DNA of 64,000 bases, from positions 46,748,001 through 46,812,000 of the forward strand of contig NC_086107.1 of the NCBI RefSeq assembly GCF_963921235.1, in the 5' to 3' direction. The DNA is from Mobula hypostoma. Lineage: Eukaryota. This document shows, piece by piece, positions 23,620 through 36,050 of the stretch. The notes under the pieces were generated by a model, which worked only from the letters and a program-made list of their open reading frames with translations, was not told where the DNA came from and made no database searches. The translations under genes and the position numbers were made by a program. How positions within the stretch are numbered: the stretch's first letter is position 1; every line of letters begins with the position of its first letter.

Positions 23620-26600
23620 ATGTGAGATGTGGCAGTCTTGGGGGAGCACCCCAATCCCGCAGAGTCACATCTGCCAGAAGTGCATGCGGCTGGGCGATCT
23701 GGAAGACTGTGTAAGGAATCTGAAGCAGCAGCTGGATGACCTTCGACTCATAAAGGAGAATGAGGCAGTCATAGATGAGAGCTACAGGGAGGTAGTCACA
23801 CCTAGGCTGTCGGAAGCAGGTCATTGGGTGACAGTCAGAGGGGGGAAGCGAAGGTGAGTAGACAGGTAGTGCAGAGCACCCCTGTAGCCATAAGCTTACT
23901 GTCCTGGATACTGTTGGTGGGGACGACCAACCAGGTGTGAGCCACGGTGGCAGGGCCTCTGGCACTGAGTCTGACCCTGTGGTGCAGAAGGGTGGGACGG
24001 AGAAGAGGAGAGCTGTCGGCATTGGAGACTCTATAGTCAGGGCAGCAGGCAGGAGATTTTGTGGACGTGAGAAGGACACCCACATGGTTTGTTGCCTCCC
24101 GGGTGCCAGGGTCTGGGATGTCTCTGACTGGGTGCATGACATCCTGGTAAGAGAGGGAAAGCAACCAGAAGTCATGATACATGTTGACACCAATGACATA
24201 GGCAGGAAGAGGGATGAGGTCCTGAAGTGTGAGTTTTGGGAACTCGGCAGAAGGCTGAAGAACAGGACCTCAAGGGTGGCGTTCTCAGTATTGCTGCCAG
24301 TGCTATGTGACAGTGATGGTAAGAATTGGAGTAGATGGCAGTTGAATACGTGGCTGAGGAGTTGGTGCAGGGAGCAGGGTTTTAGATTTTTGGATCATTA
24401 GGATCTATTCTGGGGAAGGTAGGACCTGTACAGATTGGATGGGTTGCACCTGAACTCGAGGGGGAGCAATATCCTTGCAGGTAGGTTTGCTAGCATGGTT
24501 CGAGAGGGTTTAAACTAATTTGCGAGAGGGATGGGACCCAGCGCGATAGAGCAGTGAAAGAAGTGCATGGAGTAAAGCCAGATCTAACACACAGAGAGGC
24601 TTTGAGGAAAGAGAAGCAGAATAAAGGGTGTAAAGGTAAGAAGGTAGATGGGCTAAAGTGTGTGTACTTCAAAGCAAGAAGCATCAGGAACAAAGGTGAT
24701 GAACTGAGAGCTTGGGTACATACATGGAATTATGATGTAGTGGGCATTACAGGGACTTGGGTGGCACCAGGGCAGGAATGGATTCTCAATATTCCTGGAT
24801 TTCAGTGCTTTAAAAGGGATAGCGAGGGGGGAAAAGGGGAGGAGGGGTGGCATTACTGGTCAGGGATACTATTACAGCTACAGAAAGGGTGGGTAATGTA
24901 GCAGGATTCTCTTTTGAGTTAGTATGGGTGGAAGTCAGGAACGGGAAGAGAGCAGTTACGCTATTGGGAGAATACTATAGGCCCCTTGGTAGCAGCAGAG
25001 ATACCAAGGAGCAGATTGGGAGGCAGACTTTGGAAAGGTGCAAACATAACCGGATTGTTATCATGGGTGACTTTAACTTCTCTGATATTGATTAGCACCC
25101 GATTAGTTCCAAAAGTTTGGATGGGGCAGAGTTTGTTAAGTGTGTCCAGGACAGATTCCTGTCACAGTACGTTGACAGGCCGACTAGGGGGAATGCCATA
25201 CTAGATGGAGTATTAGGTAACGAACCGGGTCAGGTCACAGATCTCTCAATGGGTGAGCATCTGCGAGACAGTGACCTCCACTCCCTTCAGCATTATCATG
25301 GAAAAGGATGGAGTCAGAGTGGACAGGAAAATTTTTAATTGGGGAAGGGGAAATTATGAGGCTATAAAGCTAGAACTTACGGGTGTGAATTGGGATGATG
25401 TTTTTGCGGGGAAATGTACTATGGACATGTGGTTGATGTTTAGAGATCTCTTGCAGGATGTTAGGGATAAATTTGTCCCGGTGAGGAAGATAAAGAATGG
25501 TAGGGTGAAGGAACCATGGGTGACAAGTGAGATGGAAAATCTAGTCAGGTGGAAGAAGGCAGCATACATGAGGTTTAGGAAGCAAGGATCAGATGGGTCT
25601 ATTGAGGAATATAGGGAAGCAAGAAAGGAGCTGAAGAAGGGGCTGAGAAGAGCAAGAAGGGGGCATGAGAAGGCCTTGGCGAGTGGGGTAAAGGAAAACC
25701 CCAAGGCGTTCTTCAATTATGTTAAGAAGAAAAGGATGACAGGAGTGAAGGTAGGACCAATTAGAGATAAAGGTGGGAAGATGTGCCTGGAGGCAGTGGA
25801 AGTGAGCAAGGTCCTCAATGAATACGGTATTCACCAATGAGAGTGAACTTGATGACAGTGAGGACAATATGAGTGATGTTGATGTTCTGGAGCATGTTGA
25901 TATTAAGGGAGAGGAGGTGGTGGAGATGTTAAAATACATTAGGACGGATAAGTCCCCGGGGCCTGATGGAATATTCCCCAGGCTGCTCCACGAGGTGAGA
26001 GAAGAGATTGCTGAGCCTCTGGCTAGGAACTTTATGTCCTCGTTGTCCAAGGGAATGGTACTGGAGAATTGGAGGGAGGCGAATGTTGTCCCCTTGTTCA
26101 AAAAAGGTAGTAGGGATAGTCCGGGTAATTATAGACCAGTGAGCCTTACGTCTGTGGTGGGAAAGCTGTTGGAAAAGATTCTTAGAGATAGGATCTATGG
26201 GCATTTAGAGAATCATGGCCTGATCAGGGACAGTCAGCATGGCTTTGTGAAGGGCAGATTGTGTCTAACAAGCCTGATAGAGTTCTTTGAGGAGGTGACC
26301 AGGCATATAGATGAGGGTAGTGCAGTGGATGTGATATATATCGATTTTAGTAAGGCATTTGACAAGGTTCCACATGGTAGGCTTATTCAGAAAGTCAGAA
26401 GGCATGGGATCCAGGGATGTTTGGCCAGGTGGATTCAGAATTGACTTGCCTGCAGAAGGCAGAAGGTCGTAGTGAAGGGAGTACATTCGAATTGGAGAGT
26501 TGTGACTAGTGGTGTCCCACAAGGATCTGTTCTGGGACCTCTACTTTTCATGACTTTTATTAACGACCTGGATGAGGGGGTAGAAGGGTGGGTTGGCAAG

Positions 26601-27215
26601 TTTGCAGATGACACAAATGTTGGTGGTGGTGTAGACAGTGTAGAGCATTGTTGAAGATTCGTGAGGTAATGATGCAGCTCTATAAAACTCTGGTTAGGCC
26701 ACACTTGGAGCACTGTGTCCAGTTCTGGTCGCCTCACTATAGGAAGGATGTGGAAGCATTGTAAAGGGTACAGAGGAGATTTACCAGGATGCTGCCTGCT
26801 TTAGAGAGCATGGACTATGATCAGAGATTAAGGGAGCTAGGGCTTTACTCTTTCAAGAGAAGGAGGACGAGAGGAGACATGATAGAGGTATACAAGATAT
26901 TAAGAGGAATAGATAGAGTGGATAGCCAGTGCCTCTTCCCCAGGGCAGCACTGCTCAATACAAGAGGACATGGCTTTAAGGTTAGGGGTGGGAAGTTGAA
27001 GGGGGTATTAGAGGAACGTTTTTTCACTCAGAGAGTGGTTGATGCATGGAATGCACTGCCTGAGTCAGTGGTGGAGGCAGATATACTAGTGAAATTTAAG
27101 AGACTACTAGACAGGTATATGGAGGAATTTAAGGTGGAGGGTTGTATGGGAGGCAGTGTTTGAGGGTCGGCACAACATTGTGGGCCGAAGGGCTTGTACT
27201 GTGCTGTACTATACT
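23620..27215 (+). mobile_element. CR1-like LINE with ORF1 (zinc finger plus SGNH esterase) and degraded ORF2
   Basis: ORF 23627 (HICQKC), 23937-24401 (VGIGDSIVR, GDS esterase), EN at 24554-25338, RT at 25818-26654 (QGSVLGP, FADD), 3' tail at ~27200. Confidence 0.93.
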
Positions 27216-27231
27216 ATACTAATACTACTAT

Positions 27232-27907
27232 TATTATGCTTGCACAGTCATAGTCATTATAGCCCTCTTTACCCAATGTAACAGTGTAGCTGGATCCACT
27301 GGACTTTCTCACTTGATGATGATATTAAGTGAGTCAAGAGCAGTTGATCATTTAGACCACTGAGCAGCTGTTACTTGAAAGGCCTGACTCATTGTCAGTA
27401 ATGTATGTACTAAGTGAAGACATTGAACATTTAAATGTTGATTGAGCACAAAGCGAGAAACAGCCATGACTTCCAGATAGTTTGCCTACGCTACTCATAA
27501 ACCTGAACTCCATCCTAATACTACATTATCCAATTTGGCAGAGCAATAACCAGAATGATGCTGCAGGTCTCCATGTTCTTGAGCTATGACTGCCATCATG
27601 CAGCCATGTTTCCCCTTGACGTACAGGATAAACAGTTTACACATATCAGGGACTCCTAATGCAGGACCTGTAAATCATGTCACCATTAAAATTTGAAAAG
27701 CTTCCAGTTGTTCTTCATTCAGAGTCACACGATCATCTAAGCAGTTTCTCCCCTTCAACAGATGTTGAGAGGTAGTCCAATCTCAGGAGATGAATCAACC
27801 CATGCTCTGCTGTAGTTACACAAACCCAGAAATTATCACAGTTGCTGGATTGTTGTAGGCATTTGCAGATTTGCTGGCCTTTGCAGGAGGGAGATTGAAA
27901 ATTTGGC
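27232..27907 (-). pseudogene. Retroviral RT thumb/connection (tether) remnant
   Basis: Minus strand reads QIFNLPP...EEQLEAFQIL...GPALGVPDMCKLFILYV...AQEHGD...GYCSAKLDNVVLGW...FVLNQHLNV...NIIIK.ESPVDPATLL...EGYNDYDC; many stops, so absent from the ORF track. Confidence 0.8.
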
Positions 27908-28735
27908 GGTGTGGTGTCATAACTACAACCTCTTACTCAATGTCAGCAAAACTAAGGAACTGATAGTGGACTTCAGGAGAAGGAAACCAGAGGTTCCATT
28001 AGCCAGAATTCATTGGAGGAGCAGAGGTGGAGAGTGTCAGAAACATTAAATTCATGGCTGTCACTATCTCAGAGGACCAATCCTGGAGCCATCATATAAT
28101 TGTAATTACAAAGAAAGCGTGACAGTGCCTCTACTTCCTTCGGAGTCTGCGGAGATTTGGCATGTGCTCAAAAACCTTGACAATAGATGTGTGGTGTGAT
28201 GTACTGACTGGCTGCGTTATGACCTGGTAGAGGAACACCAATGTTTCTGAGAGGGAAATCTTACGAAAAGTCATGAATTCAGCCCAGAGCATCATGGGTA
28301 AAACCCTCCCAACCATTGAGCACATCTACATGTAACATTGTAAGAAAAGCAGCATCCATCATCAAAGATCCTCACCACCCCAGGCCATGTACTTTTCCAG
28401 CTGCTGCCATCAGTGCCCCTGGGTTCAAGAACAGTTACTACCCCTCAAGCTTCAGGCTCTTGACAAAAGAGGGTAACTATACTCATTCTACATCTGATGT
28501 TCCCACAACCAATGATCTCACTTTAAGGACTCTTTATCTTGTTATTTCATGCTCTTGTTATTTATTGCTATTTATTTATATTTGCATTTGCACTGTTTGT
28601 TTTTCATTCATCCTGTTTACAGTTACTGTTCTATAGATTTTCTGAGTATGCCCACAAAAAAAAGAATCTCGGGGTAGTACATGGTGAAATGTATGTACTC
28701 TCATAATAAATTTTACTTTGAACTTTTGAAACTTT
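27908..28735 (+). mobile_element. Rex1/Babar- or L2-like LINE 3' fragment
   Basis: LNVSKTKELIVDFRR motif, IVRKAASIIKDPHHP, tail aataaattttactttgaactttga. Confidence 0.75.
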
Positions 28736-29110
28736 CTGCCCCAAATAAATTGCTTCATATCGTTGCAATTGTGCCTTGTCCAAATTTGCTTTGTGAACCT
28801 TTGGAGGATAAATCAAGCAAATAAAACACTTCATGTTCATCTTGGTCTGCATTGTCAAATGCAATTAGTTCATCATGTACATACTGTATGATAGTCAAAT
28901 TTATGGCAGGTAAGTCCCTAAGATGTTGTCTCAGAGCCATGTGGTAGTGAGTGGGATAGTGTTGTCCATGAAGTGTAAAAGCCAACTATGGCTGACATTC
29001 CTATGCCAGTGGTAGAAACCAGAATCCACTGGCCACATTGATAATTGTAAATCACTTGTACGATGGCTTGAAGGCATTGAAAATTGTTGGTGGATCATCC
29101 ATTAGGGGAT
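28736..29110 (-). pseudogene. Retroviral reverse transcriptase core remnant
   Basis: PPTIFNAFKPSYK.FTIINVASGFWFLPLA.ECQP.LAFTLHGQHY...TIIQYVHDELIA (decayed YVDD)...HKANLDKAQ...IYLGQK. Confidence 0.82.
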
Positions 29111-29139
29111 GGTTAACTTCTTATTAACTCCTGAGTAAC

Positions 29140-30105
29140 TCAACCACACTGTTCTGTAGTGTTACTCATATTCAGAAATGCTTTCAAAAGTCTTCTGCTT
29201 GCACTCAACCACCTTTCTCCAATCATATGGGTGTTGTATAGGTTCTTAATACATTGAAATTCAGCCCAAGACTTTAAACCTCCTTTTTTAGGATGTGAAA
29301 ACTCTTTGGACCATCTATCAATCTTTTCTGATTCAGCTGGTTGATGATTTATCACTTCCTTGGTCTTTATTGGGTCAAGTCATTATATGGTTGGCTAACC
29401 TATTGTTCCATTATTGCCATCTTCACTTGTGTCACCTTAGGTCTCTGTAGAATCAATGCAATTTCCATCTCCTAGTTCCCCTAAGTTGGGCATGTGGCAT
29501 TGCCTGATAAGACTGTCCAATATCGAGAGTGTTTTCCAAGGAGGAGCATCACTCCACTTGAGGTCTCTGCTGGATTTTCTGACACTGCTTCATTTTATCT
29601 TGAAGCTCCATGCAATGCACTTTCATGCAATTACACTTAGTCCGTAGTTCTTTCACTCGTTCAGTTAATTCTAAGATTTGCTCCTTAGAATTTTTACTGT
29701 CTCTGTCAGGCAGTTTCTGTAGTTCATCAGTTTTCCTTTTCCTTTTCCACTTATTCTGTTAACTTACATGTTCAGTCTTCTGACTCAACGTGTTCACTTT
29801 TAAAACCACATATTTGATCTTCCAACTCAGCATGTTCATTTCTCATTTAACTGTGATAACACCCATGTAGTTTTTTTTTCTTTCCCTCAAGCATTCCCAA
29901 GGTTTTACTCATGATTTTTAAAATATTTACCAAGCAGCCAAATTTCATGAGACTCAACACTGACAGCATATTTCACTCTGATTTCTTCATTAATCTTGTC
30001 AATTTGAAATATTTTGTACAGGTAAGAACCCTAACTCTCAGTCATCTGTTCACACCTAACGACTGGGGGATCAGTTCCTTTTTCTGTCGTGGGTTGCACT
30101 ACTTT
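29140..30105 (-). pseudogene. Gag-like remnant (coiled-coil N-terminus plus capsid-like segment)
   Basis: Stop-riddled frame MSKVVQP...EHAELEDQIC...KEQILELTERVKELR (coiled coil), then IDRWSKEFSHPKKGGLKSWAEF; lies between the PBS and RT on the same strand. Confidence 0.55.
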
Positions 30106-30462
30106 GGACATTGCTTTGCTGCACATAACGCTTAATTTGTCAACTTAATGATCTGATGATAATTTTATTAGCAATCAACAAGCTTGTAATAATTTTAATT
30201 TTATTGATACTCTTCCAGCTTGTAACAATTTTTGTTATGCAGAACACTTTAATTGTTACTTCCATTTTTTAATCACTAGATTTGCAACCAAATTTAATTT
30301 TGTACCTGTTTAACTTTATCCTAAATTTCCTTTGTTTAGATGCTGTATTGAAGCAAGAATGAGATTTCTCTGACGGTTAGGAAAGTAAGAGGAAGATCAC
30401 ATGTGTGGAGCAAAATATTTCCCTTCATCTGGGATTATTCTACCCCTTAAATTTCCGAAAAC

Positions 30463-30480
30463 ATCCTGCTGGCTCCACCA
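30463..30480 (-). promoter_or_regulatory. Putative primer binding site (tRNA-Ser-like)
   Basis: Minus strand TGGTGGAGCCAGCAGGAT, 14/18 to the recalled tRNA-Ser PBS TGGCGTAGTCGGCAGGAT (two differences are CpG-type), 3 nt after an ...ggatccaaCA end. Confidence 0.55.
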
Positions 30481-30483
30481 AGC

Positions 30484-30950
30484 TGTTGGATCCCGATGTT
30501 TAAGCAATTTAAAGGTTCTTCGGAAAACAAGAATGAAGCATAGAACTTGATGCTTACTATTGTTTTATTAAATGTTATAATAGCAAAGAAGAACAAGAAG
30601 AAGCGTTGAAAGTTCAAAGAAAAGACTAGACTAAAAAGTAATAATGGTCTTCTTATACCAGACAAGGTAACAGAAATTGTGCTGATAACTGTTAACTAAT
30701 AAAATATCCAAATTCAAGTTGTATGACATTTCCAAATGAACCTCAAAAGTTTCTAGAAAAATTCATTGCCAACTGTACTGTAATTGTTGGAAAATTCATT
30801 GAAAAATTACATTATATAGCTAATTATATAAAAATATAAGCAAATATAAACCATTGGGCGTGAATAGGAGGGGCCGCATCTTTCCATTTGAGCAAGAGCG
30901 TCCTTCTGGCCATAAGAGACATAAAAGCCAAAATGTGCAAGTCAGATGAC
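30484..30950 (-). mobile_element. Probable 5' LTR remnant of the retroviral relic
   Basis: Ends in CA next to the PBS; AATAAA at 30564-30569 (minus); TATA-like tract ~30810-30850. Far boundary not defined. Confidence 0.45.
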
Positions 30951-31029
30951 TCCAAAGTAATATCCTTTCCTCAGAACATTTTCAAACAGTCTAACAATTG
31001 TTATTGAGGTAGTAATCTCGGGATTACTG

Positions 31030-34000
31030 CCTTTGCCACGCGACAGTGAGAGTAGGAATGCGATGAGGTGGAGGATAAATGCGTGGCTGAGGGATTGGAG
31101 CAGGGGGCAGGGATTCAAGTTTTTGGATCATTGGGACCTCTTTTGGCGCAGGCGTGACCTGTACAAAAAGGACGGGTTACACTTGAATCCTAGGGGGACC
31201 AATATCCTGGCAGGGAGATTAGCGGGGGCTACTGAGGTGACTTTAAACTAGAATGGTTGGGGGGTGGGAATCAAATTAAAGAGGCTAGGCGTGAGGAGGT
31301 TAGTTCACAACAGAGGGATGGGAACCAGTGCAGAGAGACAGAGGGGTGTAAAGTGAGCGTAGAAGCAAAAAGTACAAAGGAGAAAAGTAAAAGTGGCAGG
31401 CCGACAAATCCAGGGCAAGCATTAAAAAGGGCCACTTTTCAACATAATTGTACAAGGGCTAAGAGAGTTGTAAAAGAGCGCCTGAAGGCTTTATGTGTCA
31501 ATGCAAGGAGCATTCGTAATAAGGTGGATGAATTGAAAGTGCAGATTGTTATTAATGATTATGATATAGTTGGGATCACAGAGACATGGCTCCAGGGTGA
31601 CCAGGGATGGGAGCTCAACGTTCAGGGATATTCAATATTCAGGAGGGATAGACATGAAGGAAGGGGAGGTGGGGTGGCGTTGCTGGTTAAAGAAGAGATT
31701 AACGCAATAGAAAGGAAGGACATATGCCGGGAAGATGTGGAATCGATATGGGTAGAGCTGCGTAACACTAAGGGGCAGAAGATGCTGGCCACCTAACAGT
31801 AGTAGTGAGGTCGGAGATGGTATTAAACAGGAAATTAGAAATGTGTGCAATAAAGGAACAGCAGTTATAATGGGTGACTTCAATCTACATGTAGACTGGG
31901 TGAGCCAAATTGGTAAAGGTGCTGAGGAAGAGGATTTCTTGAAATGTATGCGGGATGGTTTTTTGAACCAACATGTCGAGGAACCAACTAGAGAGCAGGC
32001 TATTCTGGACTGGGTTTTGAGCAATGAGGAAGGGTTAATTAGCGATCTTGTCGTGAGAGGCCCCTTGGGTAAGAGTGACCATAATATGGTGGAATTCTTC
32101 ATTAATATGGAGAGTGACATAGTTAATTCAGAAACAAAGGTTCTGAACTTAAAGAGGGGTAACTTTGAAGGTATGAGACGTGAATTAGCTAAGATAGACT
32201 GGCAAATGACACTTAAAGAATTGACTGTGGATATGCAATGGCAAGCATTTAAAGGTTGCATGGATGAACTACAACAATTGTTCATCCCAGTTTGGCAAAA
32301 GAATAAATCAAGGAAGGTAGTGCACCCGTGGCTGACAAGAGAAATTAGGGATAGTATCAATTCCAAAGAAGTAGCATACAAATTAGCCAGAGAAAGTGGC
32401 TCACCTGAGGACTGGGAGAAATTCAGAGTTCAGCAGAGGAGGACAAAGGGCTTAATTAGGAAGGGGAAAAAAGATTATGAGAGAAAACTGGCAGAGAACA
32501 TAAAAACGGACTGTAAAAGCTTTTATAGATATGTAAAAAGGAAAAGACTGGTAAAGACAAATGTAGGTCCCCTGCAGACAGAAACAGGTGAATTGATTAT
32601 GGGGCGCAAGGACATGGCAGACCAATTGAATAATTACTTTGGTTCTGTCTTCACTAAGGAGAACATAAATAATCTTCACAGAGGGTCCAGTGAGATGGAG
32701 GAACTGAGTGAAATACATGTTAGTAGGGAAATGGTGTTAGGTAAATTGAAGGGATTGAAGGCAGATAAATAACCAGGGCCAGATGGTCTGCATCCTAGAG
32801 TGCTTAAGGAAGTAGCCCAAGAAATAGTGGATGCATTAGTGATAATTTTTCAAAACTCATTAGATTCTGGACTAGTTCCTGAGGATTGGAGGGTGGCTAA
32901 TGTAACCCCAATTTTTAAAAAAGGAGGGAGAGAGAAACCGGGGAATTATAGACTGGTTAGCCTAACGTCGGTGGTGGGGAAACTGCTGGAGTCAGTTATC
33001 AAGGATGTGATAACAGCACATTTGGAAAGCGGAGAAATGATCGGACAAAGTCAGCATGGATTTGTGAAAGGAAAATCATGTCTGACGAATCTCATAGAAT
33101 TTTTTGAGGATGTAACTAGTAGAGTGGATAGGGGAGAACCAGTGGATGTGGTATATTTGGATTTTCAAAAGGCTTTTGACAAGGTCCCACACAGGAGATT
33201 AGTGTGCAAACTTAAAGCACACGGTATTGGGGGTAAGGTATTGGTGTGGGTGGAGAATTGGTTAGCAGACAGGAAGCAAAGAGTGGGAATAAACGGGACC
33301 TTTTCAGAATGGCAGGCGGTGACTAGTGGGGTACCGCAAGGCTCAGTGCTGGGACCCCAGTTGTTTACAATATATATTAATGACTTGGATGAGGGAATTA
33401 AATGCAGCATCTCCAAGTTTGCGGATGACACGAAGCTGGGTGGCAGTGTTAGCAGTGAGGAGGATGCTAAGAGGATGCAGGGTGACTTGGATAGGTTGGG
33501 TGAGTGGGCAAACTCATGGCAGATGCAATTTAATGTGGATAAATGTGAAGTTATCCACTTTGGTGGCAAAAATAGGAAAACAGATTATTATCTGAATGGT
33601 GGCCGATTAGGAAAAGGGGAGGTGCAACGAGACCTGGGTGTCATTATACACCAGTCATTGAAAGTGGGCATGCAGGTACAGCAGGCGGTGAAAAAGGTGA
33701 ATGGTATGCTGGCATTTATAGCGAGAGGATTCGAATACAGGAGCAGGGAGGTACTACTGCAGTTGTACAAGGCCTTGGTGAGACCACACCTGGAGTATTG
33801 TGTGCAGTTTTTGTCCCCTAATCTGAGGAAAGACATCTTTGCCATAGAGGGAGTACAAAGAAGGTTCACCAGATTGATTCCTGGGATGGCAGGACTTTCA
33901 TATGAAGAAAGACTGGATGAACTGGGCTTGTACTCGTTGGAATTTAGAAGATTGAGGGGGGATCTGATTGAAACGTATAAGATCCTAAAGGGATTGGACA

Positions 34001-34345
34001 GGCTAGATGCAGGAAGATTGTTCCTGATGTTGGGGAAGTCCAGAATGAGGGGTCACAGTTTGAGGATAGAGGGGAAGCCTTTTAGGACCGAGATTAGGAA
34101 AAACTTCTTCACACAGAGAGTGGTGAATCTGTGGAATTCTCTGCCACAGCAAACTGTTGAGGCCAGTTCATTGGCTATGTTTAAGAGGGAGTTGGATATG
34201 GCCCTTGTGGCTACAGGGGTCAGGGGGTATGGAGGGAAGGCTGGGGCGGGTTCTGAGTTGGATGATCAGCCATGATCATAATAAATGGCGGTGCAGGCTC
34301 GAAGGGCCGAATGGCCTACTCCTGCACCTATTTTCTATGTTTCTA
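31030..34345 (+). mobile_element. Relatively young CR1-like LINE (ORF1 end, ORF2 EN-RT, 3' tail)
   Basis: ORFs 31257-31796, 31843-32772 and 32800-34275 (491 aa RT, KFADDTK); ORF2 broken by a small deletion near 31795 and a single TAA at 32770; tail (ttctatgt)n. Confidence 0.95.
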
Positions 34346-34689
34346 TGCTTCTATTTCATTTCAGTACTATAATTTTTTTAAAAAACAAGGCTATTGATGC
34401 ACTCAGTATGCCAGTGTAGAATTAATCATTTCGTTCTCATTCAGATTATTTTCCTTCTGAGAGGTTAAGGCTGAAATTGTACATTTATTCAAATATATTT
34501 TACAATTAATCCCGAAACAAATTTAGCCAAGATTCAGAGCATCATGTTGTTCTTTACTAATTAAGCTTGTCCAATAATTAAATTCGTGATCTGAACGGTA
34601 AAGCACAGAGTGAAAAAAATCAACTATTTCCTTCCATAACATTGTAGTGACTAAAGATCTCAAGTATTGTATTAGCTGCGATACTATTT

Positions 34690-35010
34690 TGTATGATCAG
34701 AAAAGGTACTGTGAAAGTGCTAAGTTCCTCCAGCATTTTGTGTGTTGCTCTGGATTTCCAGCATCTGCAGAATCTCTTCTGTTTATTACTATAAAAATGC
34801 AATTTCTCAATTTGTGGTAAGAAATCAGCAAGTCAGGCAGCATCTGTAGAGGAGAATATAATGTACAATCAATGTTTTATGATGAGACCCTTCATTCAAA
34901 GCCAAAACATGTAATGCTTATTGCCTTCTATAGATGCTGTCTGACTTGCTGATGTCCTCCAGCATTTTGTGTGTGTTGCTTAAGATTACCAGTATCTACA
35001 GAATCTCTTG
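34690..35010. mobile_element. Penelope-like tail fragments
   Basis: cctccagcattttgtgtgttgct...ccagcatctgcagaatctc motifs matching the terminus of the 4669 arm, in two short copies. Confidence 0.55.
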
Positions 35011-35334
35011 TATTCATGATTTCCCAATACTCTTGCTCAAAGAAAATAAACTATTGTTACTTCTATTCTCTCATGTTGTGTATCAATACGAGAGTGTACA
35101 AATGACATTGACATGGCATGACAATACTAGGTGTTCAGGGGGTTCATGATTGGTCAGGCCTGATTAGGCTGAATCTCATTCAGATGGAATTGTTATTACA
35201 CACCGGCACTGAAACCCCTCTTGGGAGTTAATCCCATACAATATGAGCCATCTCTCACATATGCTCTCCGTGCCATTCTATGCTGCATGGAGATGTTTGG
35301 GGCACAGGCTGCTCCTGCACATATTCTACTTCCT

Positions 35335-36050
35335 CAGCCCAATCTGGAATTCAGATGGCTGAGTGGAAGAAGCTGTTCCTGAAACTGAGTTTGTGGCTTC
35401 AGGCTTCTCCACCTGCCCCCTGGTGGTAGTAATGATAAGAGGGACTGTCCTGGGTGGTGGGAGTCCTTAACGATGGAGGTCACCTCTTTGAGGCACCACC
35501 TTTTGAAGATGTCCCAGGGTCTTATAGTTTGGGACTGAGAGGGAAATGGATCAGCCATGATAAAATGGCAGAGCAGACTTCATGGGCCAAATGGCCTAAT
35601 CATGCTGCTACATCTTATGGTCTTATGTCGTCGATGGTGAGGAGGCTAGTGCCCATGATGGAGCAGGCTGAGTTTACAACCCTCTGCAGCTTTTCCTGAT
35701 CCTGTGTTTTGGCACCTCCATACCAGACTGTGAAGTAACCAGTCAGAATGCTCTCCAGCACATATCAGTAGACATTTTCTCAAGTCTTTGTGACATTAAA
35801 AATTTTCCTTAAACTCCTAATGAAATATAGCCACTGGCATGCTTTCTTCTTATTTACATCAATACGTTGGGCCAAAGATAGATCTTCAGAGTTGTTGACA
35901 TCTAGAAACTTGAAACCACCTACCATTTCCACTGCTGACCCCTCCACGAGGACTGGAGTGTGTTCTTCATCCTTCCCCTTCCTGAGGTCCACAGTCAATT
36001 CCTTGGTCTTACTGATATTGAGAGCAAGGTTGTTGTGCAAAACTACATCA
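35335..36050 (-). mobile_element. Rex1/L2-like LINE 3' fragment with a short CR1 tail inserted
   Basis: ORF 35780-36040 NNLALNISKTKELTVDLRKG; IVKDSHHPGQSLLSLLP; CR1-type tail at ~35520-35625. Confidence 0.7.

Noticed and set aside
20520-30105. ERV gag co-opted as the tail of the upstream B7-H6-like gene (as recalled for human B7-H6)
   Set aside because: The ERV is antisense to the host gene and full of stops.
30340-30390. Apparent + strand exon (tttgtttag|...gaaa|gtaaga) and donor at 30022
   Set aside because: Stops in all three frames, and it lies within the antisense retroviral leader/gag; no support as a coding exon.
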